Part shown: positions 39,720 through 49,703 of the stretch, in pieces
Position numbering within the stretch: position 1 is the stretch's first letter
How the letters are laid out: each line of letters opens with the position of its first letter
Source: Pseudomonadota bacterium
GTDB lineage: Bacteria > Pseudomonadota > Alphaproteobacteria > Sneathiellales > Sneathiellaceae
DNA: 64,000 bases
Reading direction: 5' to 3'
NCBI GenBank assembly: GCA_024743055.1
Contig: JANSXH010000004.1
Location: 37,729 to 101,728, forward strand
Notes under the pieces: generated by a model
The model's database searches: none
What the model saw: the letters and a program-made list of their open reading frames with translations, nothing else
Told to the model about the DNA's origin: nothing
Position numbers and translations under genes: made by a program

Positions 39720-41096
39720 ATGAGGTTGCTTATAATTGGTTCCCTGAATGGTCAGATTGGTGCGGCAAGTCAAATCGCGATGTCGCGCGGTGCCAAAGTG
39801 AGCCAAGTTGACGATATCGAGATGGCGCTTGGGTCGCTCCGGTCTGGTAAAGGGGCCGACATGGCGATGATTGATGTCAACCTGCCCATCAGATCTCTGG
39901 TCGATAGCCTGACAAACGAGCGTATCAACCTACCGATCATCGCCTGCGGGGTGAATACGGATGCAACTTCAGCCGCCAACGCGATCCGTGCCGGTGCCAA
40001 GGAGTTTCTGCCTCTCCCTCCCGATCCGGAACTGATCGCGGCAGTTTTGGAGGCGGTTTCGCAAGAAGACCAAAATCTGATTTTCGCTGATCCAGCCATG
40101 AAGGATGTTGTTGCTCTGGCCGAGCAGATCGCTCCCTCTTCCGCCTCTGTGCTCATCAATGGCGAGACAGGAACGGGTAAGGAAGTTATGGCCAGCCATC
40201 TGCATGCCAACAGCACCCGTTCAGACAAGCCCTTTGTTTGCGTCAACTGCGCGGCTATTCCGGAAAACCTTCTGGAATCTGAGCTGTTCGGTCACGAAAA
40301 AGGCGCTTTCACCGGCGCGGTCGCCCGGCGGATTGGAAAATTCGAGGAAGCCAATGGCGGCACCTTGTTGCTCGATGAGATCAGTGAAATGGACATTCAA
40401 CTGCAGGCCAAACTTTTGAGGGCCATCCAGGAAAAGATTATTGACAGGGTTGGCGGAACCAAGCCGGTGCCTGTCGACATCCGGATCATTGCCACCTCCA
40501 ACCGCGACCTGGCGGAGGCTGTCGCCGAAAAATCTTTTCGGGAAGATCTGTTGTTCCGGCTCAATGTTGTGACTTTGAAGATCCCGGCACTTCGTGAGAG
40601 ATCGCTCGATATCGAAGTTCTCTCCAAACATTTCGCCAAGAAATATGCAGAAGCCAACGGCCTGCCAGAACGCCTCATCAATGACGATGCCATGGCCATG
40701 CTAAAAAGAAATCCGTGGCGCGGAAATGTGCGGGAGTTGGAAAACACCATCCACCGGGCCGTCCTGCTCTGCCGGGGAAATGAGATCGGTGAAGATGCCA
40801 TCCTGATGCCCGATGGCACCGCGACGCCTGCCAGTGCTCAACCCGCGGTCCTGTCCAATGGTTCTGCAAGCGATACGGCAGCCAGCAATGGTCAACTCGT
40901 CGGGCGCAAAGTCGCGGATGTGGAGAAGGATCTTATCCTTAACACCTTGGAGCATTGCCTTGGTAACCGCACCCATGCGGCCAACATCCTTGGCATCTCA
41001 ATTCGGACATTACGCAATAAACTCAAACTATATTCCACAGAAGGTGTCCCCGTCCCCATGGCGGGTTCTGAACATCGCACCCCATTGGGCGTTTGA
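39720..41096 (+). CDS. flbD: sigma54-dependent flagellar activator
   Basis: MRLLIIG-x-L-x-GQ atypical receiver, GETGTGKE, GAFTGA, Fis HTH GNRTHAANILGISIRTLRNKL. Confidence 0.9.
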   Translation: MRLLIIGSLNGQIGAASQIAMSRGAKVSQVDDIEMALGSLRSGKGADMAMIDVNLPIRSLVDSLTNERINLPIIACGVNTDATSAANAIRAGAKEFLPLPPDPELIAAVLEAVSQEDQNLIFADPAMKDVVALAEQIAPSSASVLINGETGTGKEVMASHLHANSTRSDKPFVCVNCAAIPENLLESELFGHEKGAFTGAVARRIGKFEEANGGTLLLDEISEMDIQLQAKLLRAIQEKIIDRVGGTKPVPVDIRIIATSNRDLAEAVAEKSFREDLLFRLNVVTLKIPALRERSLDIEVLSKHFAKKYAEANGLPERLINDDAMAMLKRNPWRGNVRELENTIHRAVLLCRGNEIGEDAILMPDGTATPASAQPAVLSNGSASDTAASNGQLVGRKVADVEKDLILNTLEHCLGNRTHAANILGISIRTLRNKLKLYSTEGVPVPMAGSEHRTPLGV

Positions 41097-41126
41097 GACA
41101 AACAGTAGCCGGAAAGCACAAAATAA

Positions 41127-43241
41127 ATGAGTGACATTCAGCAACCAGAAACCACAGCAAGCGGAAATGGTGAGTTTCTGGGGCGTGTTATAAAGGCCCT
41201 GGGACGAAGTGATATCGGCCTCGCCCTGGGTGTTGTCTGCATCTTGGTCATCTTGATATTGCCGATGCCTAGCTGGCTTCTGGATTTCAGTCTGGCCATC
41301 TCCATCACCTTCTCAGTGGTGATCCTGATGACCTGCCTGTTTATTTCCAAGCCTCTTGATTTCAGCTCCTTTCCGACAGTCCTGCTGATCGCAACAATGC
41401 TGCGTCTTTCTTTGAACCTGGCCTCGACCCGACTTATTCTGTCCGAAGGGCATACGGGTCCGGACGCCGCCGGTCACGTAATTGAGGCTTTCGGCAGTTT
41501 TGTCATGAGCGGCAATTTCGTCATCGGTATCATAGTCTTCTCGATCCTTGTCCTGGTGAATTTTATCGTTATTACCAAAGGTTCTGGGCGTATCGCTGAA
41601 GTCGCGGCCCGGTTCTCCCTTGACGCCATGCCTGGCAAGCAAATGGCCATCGATGCCGATTTGTCTGCCGGTATGATCAACGAAGATACTGCCCGCCAGC
41701 GCCGCAAGGAGCTGGAGGATGAAAGCAGCTTTTTCGGCGCCATGGACGGGGCGTCGAAATTCGTCCGTGGTGATGCCATTGCCGGATTGCTGATCACCTT
41801 CATCAATATCATCGGCGGGATAATCATTGGTGTCGCCCAGGAAGATCTGACTTTCACCGCAGCGGCCAACAGCTACACTTTGCTGACCGTTGGCGATGGC
41901 CTGGTCAGTCAGGTCCCTGCCCTAATCGTTTCTGTTGCCGCCGGCCTGCTGGTGTCCCGCGGCGGTGTTACTGGCACCACGGATAAAGCCCTGATGAGTC
42001 AGTTGGGGGGATATCCCCGGGCTCTCGGCGTAAGCTCCTTCTTGCTTGTGGGTTTGTCTTTATTGCCGGGCGTTCCCATGATCCCCTTCCTTATTCTGGC
42101 CGGAGGAACAGGCTATGCCGCCTTCGTCCTCAATCAGCGAAAAGAAGCTGTTGCGAAACAGGAAGAGCAATTATTGCTGGAAAGCCAGAAAACGGCTGTT
42201 CCAGCAGAAGAACCGATTTCTACGGCTCTCGCCATTGACGATCTGCGGCTAGAGCTGGGATATGGCTTGCTGACATTGATTAATGATAATGAAGGCTATC
42301 GTCTCACGGATCAGATCAAGGCCCTGCGCCGACAGATCGCCAGTGAAATGGGCTTTGTCATGCCCAGCGTACGCATTCTCGATAACATGCAGCTTCCGGC
42401 CAATAACTATCTGGTTCGGGTTAAGGAAGTCGAAGCCGGAACCGGTGACGTGCGTCCCAATAACCTGCTAGTCATGGATCCACAAGGTCTGCCTATTGAT
42501 TTGCCGGGTGAAGAAACATCCGAGCCGACTTTCGGGTTGCCCGCTGTGTGGGTTGATGATGGACAGAAGGAAGAAGCCTCTTTCCGCGGTTATACGGTCG
42601 TGGATCCGGCAACGGTTATCACCACTCACCTGACAGAGATCCTGAAAGATCATATGCCGGATCTGCTCTCCTATGCAGAAACCCAAAAACTCCTGGATGA
42701 GCTGCCAGACGATCATCAGAAACTGGTTGCCGACCTGATCCCGACCCTGATTTCAGTGAGCGGTGTGCAACGGGTATTGCAAAGCCTTCTGGCGGAGCGT
42801 GTCTCCATTCGCGACCTGCCCACCATCCTTGAGGGAATTTCTGAAGCCACAGGATATACACAGAATATCAATATGATCACAGAACATGTAAGGGCACGTC
42901 TCGCCCGGCAGATTTCCGCTGTCAACTCGGCTGGCGACGGCTATATCCCGCTGATCACCTTAACCCCGCAATGGGAGCAGAATTTTGCCGACGCCATTAT
43001 CGGCCAGGGAGATGATCGTCAGCTTTCCATGGCACCCAGCATGCTGCAGGAGTTTATTGGAAATGTGCGGGAGATTTTCGACACCCTGGCCAATCAGGGC
43101 CATAATCCGGTGATGCTGACCAGCCCGGCGATCCGGCCTTATGTCCGATCAATCGTTGAGCGGTTCCGTCCGGCAACCGTGGTCATGTCACAAAATGAAA
43201 TCCACCCCAAAGCCAAGCTCAAAACGCTGGCGCAAGTTTAG
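41127..43241 (+). CDS. flhA: flagellar export protein
   Basis: RIAEVAARFSLDAMPGKQMAIDAD, FFGAMDGASKFVRGDA. Confidence 0.96.
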   Translation: MSDIQQPETTASGNGEFLGRVIKALGRSDIGLALGVVCILVILILPMPSWLLDFSLAISITFSVVILMTCLFISKPLDFSSFPTVLLIATMLRLSLNLASTRLILSEGHTGPDAAGHVIEAFGSFVMSGNFVIGIIVFSILVLVNFIVITKGSGRIAEVAARFSLDAMPGKQMAIDADLSAGMINEDTARQRRKELEDESSFFGAMDGASKFVRGDAIAGLLITFINIIGGIIIGVAQEDLTFTAAANSYTLLTVGDGLVSQVPALIVSVAAGLLVSRGGVTGTTDKALMSQLGGYPRALGVSSFLLVGLSLLPGVPMIPFLILAGGTGYAAFVLNQRKEAVAKQEEQLLLESQKTAVPAEEPISTALAIDDLRLELGYGLLTLINDNEGYRLTDQIKALRRQIASEMGFVMPSVRILDNMQLPANNYLVRVKEVEAGTGDVRPNNLLVMDPQGLPIDLPGEETSEPTFGLPAVWVDDGQKEEASFRGYTVVDPATVITTHLTEILKDHMPDLLSYAETQKLLDELPDDHQKLVADLIPTLISVSGVQRVLQSLLAERVSIRDLPTILEGISEATGYTQNINMITEHVRARLARQISAVNSAGDGYIPLITLTPQWEQNFADAIIGQGDDRQLSMAPSMLQEFIGNVREIFDTLANQGHNPVMLTSPAIRPYVRSIVERFRPATVVMSQNEIHPKAKLKTLAQV

Positions 43242-43253
43242 GGTCCTGGTTAG

Positions 43254-44375
43254 ATGCGGATAAAGACATTTGTAGCGACCTCCATGGAAAAGGCGATGAA
43301 CCAGGTTCGCCTTGAAATGGGAGCGGAAGCAATCATCCTGTCAAAACAGGAAACGAATGCGGGAGAAGTACAGCTGACGGCCGCCGTCGAGCAGCAGACC
43401 CCAGCTGTCTCTAAAAATACCGGTATCTGGGCGAAGAACTGGGACGACGACTGGAAAACGGAAGCACCAAAGCCAGCTCCAGCCGAGCAGATGCAGGCGC
43501 CAGCCACAAAAGAGGCAGCGGCTGATGGTGGCGCAGCCCTGTCACAAGCGGCCTATTCCGAAACAGCAGAACTTCCTTCGGCCAAGCTGGAGATCCTGAT
43601 CAAATCCATGGCCTATCATGGTATCCCGACGGAATTAGCAGAGAAGTTTTGCCGCCTTGCCTTGGCGGTGGAATCCAAGGACGCAATGATTTCCCTGGCC
43701 GCAGCCCTCGATAATCGGTTCAATTATTCCACCCGGCTGTCTGCCGGTGGCCAACCGGTCATGCTGATCGGCGCGCCGGGGGTTGGTAAAACCGTTACAC
43801 TCGCGAAAATCGCCGCTCAAGCCAAACTCGATGGTCGCCAGCTGCAGCTTGTTTCAACAGATACAACCCGGCCCGGCGCCCTTGAGCAGTTACAATCCTA
43901 CGCCGACATTCTTGAATTCAAGCTGCATCTTGCCAAGACACCGGAAGAGCTGAGCACTCTTTTATCCTCCGGCAAGCTCGATAATAAAGCGGAGATCATG
44001 ATCGATACGGCCGGGGTCAATGCCTATGATGATGAGGAAATCTCGAACCTGACCCGGCTTATCGTCGCTTCAAAGGCAGAGCCGGTTGCGGTTATTGCCG
44101 CCGGGACCGATACCGCTGAAATGGGGGACATTGCGTCCCGGTTCGCCGCCATTGGTGCCAAGCGCATGATCGCAACCCGGCTCGATACCACAAGACGGTA
44201 TGGGGGTCTTTTCACGGCCGCCAATGCCGCAAAACTCAGTTTTTCCTATGCCAGTGTGTCGCCGTCCGTCGCGACAGGCCTGCATGCCATCACACCCGTC
44301 AACCTCGCCCGCCTTCTCTTAAGAGATCCGTCTCAAACCGGCGTCAGTAATGAATTTATCAAGGTAGCCTCATGA
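43254..44375 (+). CDS. flhF: SRP-type GTPase FlhF
   Basis: MRIKTF..G-x-EAIILS, GVGKT, DT-x-R-x-GA, DTAG, TRLD. Confidence 0.85.
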   Translation: MRIKTFVATSMEKAMNQVRLEMGAEAIILSKQETNAGEVQLTAAVEQQTPAVSKNTGIWAKNWDDDWKTEAPKPAPAEQMQAPATKEAAADGGAALSQAAYSETAELPSAKLEILIKSMAYHGIPTELAEKFCRLALAVESKDAMISLAAALDNRFNYSTRLSAGGQPVMLIGAPGVGKTVTLAKIAAQAKLDGRQLQLVSTDTTRPGALEQLQSYADILEFKLHLAKTPEELSTLLSSGKLDNKAEIMIDTAGVNAYDDEEISNLTRLIVASKAEPVAVIAAGTDTAEMGDIASRFAAIGAKRMIATRLDTTRRYGGLFTAANAAKLSFSYASVSPSVATGLHAITPVNLARLLLRDPSQTGVSNEFIKVAS

Positions 44376-45181
44376 TCCAGACAGAACCCTCCCTTCGCAA
44401 TCGCCCGGTCGCCCACCCTGCGGCGGGAACTTCGGCGGCCAATCTGATTACTGTTGCATCCGGCAAAGGCGGTGTCGGCAAGACGATCCTTGCGGTTAGT
44501 CTCAGCCAGTCCCTGGCCAAAGCTGGAAAGAAGGTTCTGCTATTCGATGGGGATGTCGGCATGGCGAATGTTGATATTCAACTCGGCCTGATGCCGGAGA
44601 TGGACCTGGCAACCGTCATGAGCGGAGAGCGCGGCCTGAGTGAGGTCGCCTTTCCCTATACCGATGGCGGCTTCGATATTATTGCAGGTCGTTCTGGCTC
44701 AGGCTCCCTCGGCACCCTGCCGGCGGATCAACTCAAACATTTGCGCGGAGAACTCGGGGGGCTGGCCGACAATTACGACTATGTCATTCTCGACCTCGGC
44801 GCCGGTATTGATGAAGCGGTGCGAAGTCTGTCGGAAGGCCTGGGGCCCAAACTCGTCGTTACCACCGGCGATCCGACATCCGTGACCGACGCCTATGCCT
44901 ATATAAAAGTTATGACCCAGCGCAGCGCCCAGGTTGATATCCGTATCGTCGTCAATATGGCGAAGTCGCAGGAAGAGGGTCAGAAGATCTACGAAAAACT
45001 CAAAAATGCCTGCAGCAATTTTCTCGGGCTGGAGCCGGAACTCGGCGGCATTATCGAGCTCGATGAGCGGGTTGCCAACGCCATACGGTCGCAAACCGCC
45101 CTGCTCACCCGTTACCCGACAACAACCGCGGCGTCGAACATTGATCGGCTCGCCCGCACCATCATGGAAGGACCTGCCTGA
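44372..45181 (+). CDS. flhG: MinD-like ATPase FlhG/FleN
   Basis: SGKGGVGKT, D-x-D-x-GMANVD, DLGAGI, TDAYA-x-IK, VVNM. Confidence 0.87.
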   Translation: MIQTEPSLRNRPVAHPAAGTSAANLITVASGKGGVGKTILAVSLSQSLAKAGKKVLLFDGDVGMANVDIQLGLMPEMDLATVMSGERGLSEVAFPYTDGGFDIIAGRSGSGSLGTLPADQLKHLRGELGGLADNYDYVILDLGAGIDEAVRSLSEGLGPKLVVTTGDPTSVTDAYAYIKVMTQRSAQVDIRIVVNMAKSQEEGQKIYEKLKNACSNFLGLEPELGGIIELDERVANAIRSQTALLTRYPTTTAASNIDRLARTIMEGPA

Positions 45182-45196
45182 CGTGCAGTAAAGAAT

Positions 45197-46963
45197 ATGA
45201 GTGGCATTCGATCCACATCCGGTGTACCGCCAGCGGTGGCGGGCACTTCTCAGACACCCTCCAGCGGCCCCGAACAAGTCGCGCCGGTCAATCCGACGCA
45301 ACCAGCGGGGCAGCAGCCCAGTCTTCCTGCGTCAAATCCACCTCCAGCGGCAGGCGACTCTCCGGAAATCGCGCTCATTAATGCCGTTGTTACGGCCAAG
45401 ACCGCTCCTAATAACGTTATTCTGCATACGGAACTCGGAAATTTCAGGGTGACCAGTGAAAGCCCCCTGACTGTCGGCAGCCAGATTACGTTCGAGCTGA
45501 ATAAAAGCGAAGACATGTTCCTCGCCCGCCTTGTGTCCATTGACGGGAAAACCTATTCACCGCTCCTTGCCCTCAAGCTGCTGCAAATCGTCGACAAGCC
45601 CGCCAATCCGACCGACGGCTATGTTCGGGCCGGTCAGCTGCACCCGATGGAGCTGAAATCAGGGCTGCAGAACCTCGCCGCGACCCTCGGTTCATCTGGT
45701 ATTACTGACGAAAAATTACCGCAAAATCTAATACCAGTTTCAAAATCCGATAATACCGGTTTAGCCGCTCAAAACCCCTCCCGGGGGTTGGAGAAGCTGT
45801 CGATTTACACCCGATCCGGCCTACAAAATCCGGAGGCCTCTATTTCGCAACCCGGCCAAGCAGCCATTCCTGCAACCCCTGCGAACGCGTCGGTGCTCCG
45901 CGAAGCGACCGTGCAGTTGTTACGGCATCACCTGGTAGAAGCCCGTTTTCAGAATGCTCTTACGGAAAGACAGCTGCCACAAGGTCCCGTTCCTGCAGCT
46001 TTTACCAGGGCGGAAAAAACCAGCCTTATCTTGCAAGTGACGGATCCCGGAAAACCCGTCCCTTCTGCCAAGCCGAATTTATATAGTGGCACTGTTATCG
46101 CCATCAGCAAGCCCGATGAGACAATCGGCCTTCGGCAGGTGCAGATAAATTCGGCCGCCGGATCTTTTACCTACAAGACGGCCAATCCGCCCGCACCCGG
46201 TGCCACGGTTCAGTTCACTCCAGCCGACAAGATTTCGAGCTTCCCGCTCCCGTATACGGATATCCAACAACCGGGCCCGCGCCCACCCCTGATAAGACTG
46301 ATGGGGGACTGGCAAAATCTGCGGCTTGCGCTGAATGTTGTTGCCCATCAGGATCCGATCGCCGCCCAGTCGGTGATCAGTTCGGTTATTCCGCAAGCCA
46401 ATGGCCAGATGTCCAACAACCTGTTGTTTTTCCTGACAGCGCTGCAGATCGGGTCGATCGGCAAATGGCTGGGCCAGGATTTCCAAAACGCGCTGAAAGA
46501 GGCTGGCCGGCCACAGTTGCTGCAAGCCCTGGACGACGATTTCGCAACCTTGCAACGCCTGCAATCCGATAACGGCGGGCAAGACTGGAAAAGCCTTAAT
46601 TTCCCGTTCTTTGACGGCAGTAATCTCCGCCAGGTCCGGCTCTTTCATCGTTCCCATCGGGATGGCGAACAGGAAGAAGGCGATGCGGACGGATCCCGTT
46701 TTGTCATTGAGCTGTCCCTCACTAAAACCGGTCCTATCCAGCTAGACGGTATTTTTACACCAAGCAAGTTTGACCTCGTGCTACGCAGTGAAGCGGAGAT
46801 CCCGGCGAAGATGAAAAACGATATCATCGCCCTGTTCACCGAGAATATGGAGATATCCGGCCTCACCGGTCAGCTCGTCTTTGCGGCGGTTCAACCCTTC
46901 CCGATCGACCCCCTCACCGAGTGGGAGACGGAAAGCGCCAAACCTACTGCTCCGATAGACTAA
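45197..46963 (+). CDS. hypothetical protein with FliK-like C-terminal domain
   Basis: Pro-rich N-terminus; C-terminal RFVIELSLTKTGPIQLDG; 15 bp after flhG. Confidence 0.65.
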   Translation: MSGIRSTSGVPPAVAGTSQTPSSGPEQVAPVNPTQPAGQQPSLPASNPPPAAGDSPEIALINAVVTAKTAPNNVILHTELGNFRVTSESPLTVGSQITFELNKSEDMFLARLVSIDGKTYSPLLALKLLQIVDKPANPTDGYVRAGQLHPMELKSGLQNLAATLGSSGITDEKLPQNLIPVSKSDNTGLAAQNPSRGLEKLSIYTRSGLQNPEASISQPGQAAIPATPANASVLREATVQLLRHHLVEARFQNALTERQLPQGPVPAAFTRAEKTSLILQVTDPGKPVPSAKPNLYSGTVIAISKPDETIGLRQVQINSAAGSFTYKTANPPAPGATVQFTPADKISSFPLPYTDIQQPGPRPPLIRLMGDWQNLRLALNVVAHQDPIAAQSVISSVIPQANGQMSNNLLFFLTALQIGSIGKWLGQDFQNALKEAGRPQLLQALDDDFATLQRLQSDNGGQDWKSLNFPFFDGSNLRQVRLFHRSHRDGEQEEGDADGSRFVIELSLTKTGPIQLDGIFTPSKFDLVLRSEAEIPAKMKNDIIALFTENMEISGLTGQLVFAAVQPFPIDPLTEWETESAKPTAPID

Positions 46964-47322
46964 TCCCCATCGATCCCCAGCTCCCGCCGCTTTGCCCGGG
47001 TCAGTTTCGCCTTGATAATGGTATGAGCTTCCGTGATATATGCCTGGATATCGTCATCACTCATCGCTGCCTCGGATACCAGTTGCACCCATTTGGCCCG
47101 GGCGAGATATGGGGCGGGGATAATATGATCCTGCTCGCACAGGATCGAGAAGGATAAATCACTGCATTTAAAGCTGATTTTCTGTTCCTCCCCCTCACCC
47201 CAATGGGAGCAAATCGCAAAAATCTTGCCGCCTACCTTCCAAACCGACGCATTTCCCCATTGAATAACGTTGGCGACGGCGGGTAAAGATCCGCAATATC
47301 TGTCAAATTCCGTTCGTGTCAT
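46960..47322 (-). CDS. MmcQ/YjbR family DNA-binding protein
   Basis: QWG-x-x-x-VWKVGGKIFA, SFKC, PAPYLARAKWV, KLTRAKR. Confidence 0.85.
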   Translation of the reverse strand: MTRTEFDRYCGSLPAVANVIQWGNASVWKVGGKIFAICSHWGEGEEQKISFKCSDLSFSILCEQDHIIPAPYLARAKWVQLVSEAAMSDDDIQAYITEAHTIIKAKLTRAKRRELGIDGD

Positions 47323-47408
47323 TCGCCTATTTCCTACCTAAAACTTGAACCGAAGCCGCAGCTGCGCCATATTCCCCGGCAGATTTTTATACAACTGGAA
47401 TTGCGTCC

Positions 47409-48317
47409 ATGTTTGTCGTTGCGGCACTCTATAAATTTGTTGACCTCCCTGATTATGAGGATCTGCAAGGCGATCTTTTAAACCTTTGTAAATCCAACAA
47501 TATTCAGGGCACTCTCCTGCTTGCCCGGGAAGGGATCAATGGTACCGTCGCCGGCAGTCGGGCGTCCATCGACGCGCTCCTCTCCCATCTCACATCGGAC
47601 CCGCGATTCGAGAACCTTCAGCACAAGGAATCCTTCAACGAAAACCAGCCCTTCTATCGCATGAAAGTGCGCCTCAAGAAGGAAATCGTTACCCTCGGTG
47701 CTCCGGACCTCGATCCCAGGAATTCTGTCGGAACCTATGTGAAGCCTGAGAACTGGGACGCGTTGATCACCGATCCTGACGTTCTCCTTATCGATACCCG
47801 AAACGACTATGAGGTCGAAGTCGGAACCTTCCGTGGCGCCGTCAATCCCGAGACCAAGACCTTTCGGGAGTTCAAGCAATTTGTCGAGGACAAGCTGGAT
47901 ATCGACAAGAGCAAGAAAGTCGCCATGTTCTGCACGGGCGGTATCCGCTGTGAAAAATCCACCTCCTACCTGCTCTCCAAGGGATTTGAGAATGTCTACC
48001 ATCTGGAAGGCGGCATCCTGCAATATCTCGAAGACGTACCGAAAGAGAATAGCAGCTGGGAAGGCGAATGCTTTGTCTTTGACCAGCGGGTCACGGTCAA
48101 TCATGATCTTGAAAAAGGTTCCTATGATCAATGCTATGCCTGCCGCTATCCAATCACCGAGGAGGATAAATCTTCCCCACTTTATAAAAAAGGCATCTCC
48201 TGTCCGCGCTGTCATGACAGCTTGACGGACGATCAACAGCGCCGGTTCTCGGAACGTCAGAAACAGATTGAGCTTGCCGCCCAGCTAGGGAACAGTCACA
48301 TCGGCTCCAAAGCCTGA
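47409..48317 (+). CDS. trhO: oxygen-dependent tRNA uridine(34) hydroxylase (rhodanese, YceA/UPF0176)
   Basis: [39 protein letters not shown]. Confidence 0.88.
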   Translation: MFVVAALYKFVDLPDYEDLQGDLLNLCKSNNIQGTLLLAREGINGTVAGSRASIDALLSHLTSDPRFENLQHKESFNENQPFYRMKVRLKKEIVTLGAPDLDPRNSVGTYVKPENWDALITDPDVLLIDTRNDYEVEVGTFRGAVNPETKTFREFKQFVEDKLDIDKSKKVAMFCTGGIRCEKSTSYLLSKGFENVYHLEGGILQYLEDVPKENSSWEGECFVFDQRVTVNHDLEKGSYDQCYACRYPITEEDKSSPLYKKGISCPRCHDSLTDDQQRRFSERQKQIELAAQLGNSHIGSKA

Positions 48318-48346
48318 GACCTCTGACCTGGCAATCGCACCTCCTT

Positions 48347-49183
48347 TCACTCTTTTGCTCCGCCTAAACTAATAAGTTTCGCGAGACGGCCAAACGACGC
48401 CGCCGAGTGAAACGGATCGAAAGATCCGGTTTCCTGGATGGTTGTCGCCGCCTCCACCATCATTCCATAGGCGACGCGGGCCAGCGCCGATCCCGCACTG
48501 ACCCGGCGCACTCCCGCCTTTTCCAATTCATCCAGAGTGACCCCTGGCAATCCGATGCCGGCAACTATATTGACTGGCTTGCCGACAGAAGAACAAACGG
48601 CCGCGATTGAGGCGAGATCCGGCAATCCAGGCGCATAAAGCACATCTGCTCCGACCTCCTCATACCCCTGCAGCCGCGCCAAGGTGTCGTCAAAATCATC
48701 ACGCCCGAACAGATAATTCTCGGCCCGGGCCGTCAGCATAAAGGGCTGATTTAAGGAATTCACAGCCTCAACCCCGGCCGCGATCCGCTCGATGGCATGG
48801 CTACGGTCATAGAGCGGATTGTCCTTATCACCCGTCGCATCTTCAATCGTGCAACCGACAAGTCCGATTTCCGCAGCCATTTTAATAGTTTTCGCCACAT
48901 CTTCCGGCGCATGGCCGTAGCCATTTTCAAGATCCGCACTGACTGGCAGATCAGTCGCTTGGACGATCTCCGCCGCATGGGCCAGCGCTTCATCGCGAGA
49001 AATATCCCCGACCGTCAAACCAATCCCTTTCGAGAAGGCATATCCCGCACTCGTCGTTGCCAAAGCCTTATAGCCCAGAGCCGAGAGCATTTTCGCCGAC
49101 CCCACATCCCAGGGGTTCGGCAGCACGAAGATGCCAGAGGCATGCAAATCCGCAAATGCCTGCGCACGAGAAGCTAAATCCAT
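48347..49183 (-). CDS. isocitrate lyase/PEP mutase family protein
   Basis: PNPWDVGSA, ATTSAG, ADLENGYG, IED, ARAE, GADVLYAPG. Confidence 0.88.
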   Translation of the reverse strand: MDLASRAQAFADLHASGIFVLPNPWDVGSAKMLSALGYKALATTSAGYAFSKGIGLTVGDISRDEALAHAAEIVQATDLPVSADLENGYGHAPEDVAKTIKMAAEIGLVGCTIEDATGDKDNPLYDRSHAIERIAAGVEAVNSLNQPFMLTARAENYLFGRDDFDDTLARLQGYEEVGADVLYAPGLPDLASIAAVCSSVGKPVNIVAGIGLPGVTLDELEKAGVRRVSAGSALARVAYGMMVEAATTIQETGSFDPFHSAASFGRLAKLISLGGAKE

Positions 49184-49203
49184 GAAGGAAACCCCTTTAA
49201 TTT

Positions 49204-49247
49204 GTTCATGTTTTGTTCACTTTATCAGGCAAGAATGGCAGCTGCAA
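49204..49247 (-). promoter_or_regulatory. sigma70-type promoter with alphaproteobacterial LexA box
   Basis: Minus strand TTGCAG-N17-TAAAGT followed directly by GAAC-AAAACAT-GAAC. Confidence 0.75.
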
Positions 49248-49286
49248 GAAGAATTCAAGAAAATGATAAACTTTAGGATGTGAAGA

Positions 49287-49700
49287 TCAGCTCTGGCGCC
49301 TAAATTGTTCAATCGCCAGATCGTCAATCTCCTGCTGCTCAGTTTTCAACTGCTTTTGACGCCATTGTTTGTCGCGCAAGTCAGCGACTATTTCGTATTT
49401 CTTCAGTTCCTGAAAACACTCAGCGACTTCTTCATTAAGCAGGGATATCTTCTCTTCTATTTCCGAAACGCTTCCTTCCAGATTTTCCCGCCGAAGCCGA
49501 TTGGCATTGGCAAAGCCTGCATATGTGAAACTTATTTCTGGAAATTCGGCGGCGATTTCCTGCTCCTGTTCCTGGGATTGTGCGAGCTGATCAAGCTGAG
49601 CATAGAATTCATAGCGCAAGCTTTCCATATCGCTGAGCTCTCGCCGCTTCTCGTCGAGCTTCCATTTATGCACACGGATAAGATTGGCGAGTCCCTTCAT
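49287..49700 (-). CDS. fliJ: flagellar export chaperone FliJ
   Basis: LIRVHKWKLDEKRREL, ELKKYE, EQQEIDD; follows fliI. Confidence 0.82.
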   Translation of the reverse strand: MKGLANLIRVHKWKLDEKRRELSDMESLRYEFYAQLDQLAQSQEQEQEIAAEFPEISFTYAGFANANRLRRENLEGSVSEIEEKISLLNEEVAECFQELKKYEIVADLRDKQWRQKQLKTEQQEIDDLAIEQFRRQS

Positions 49701-49703
49701 GAT

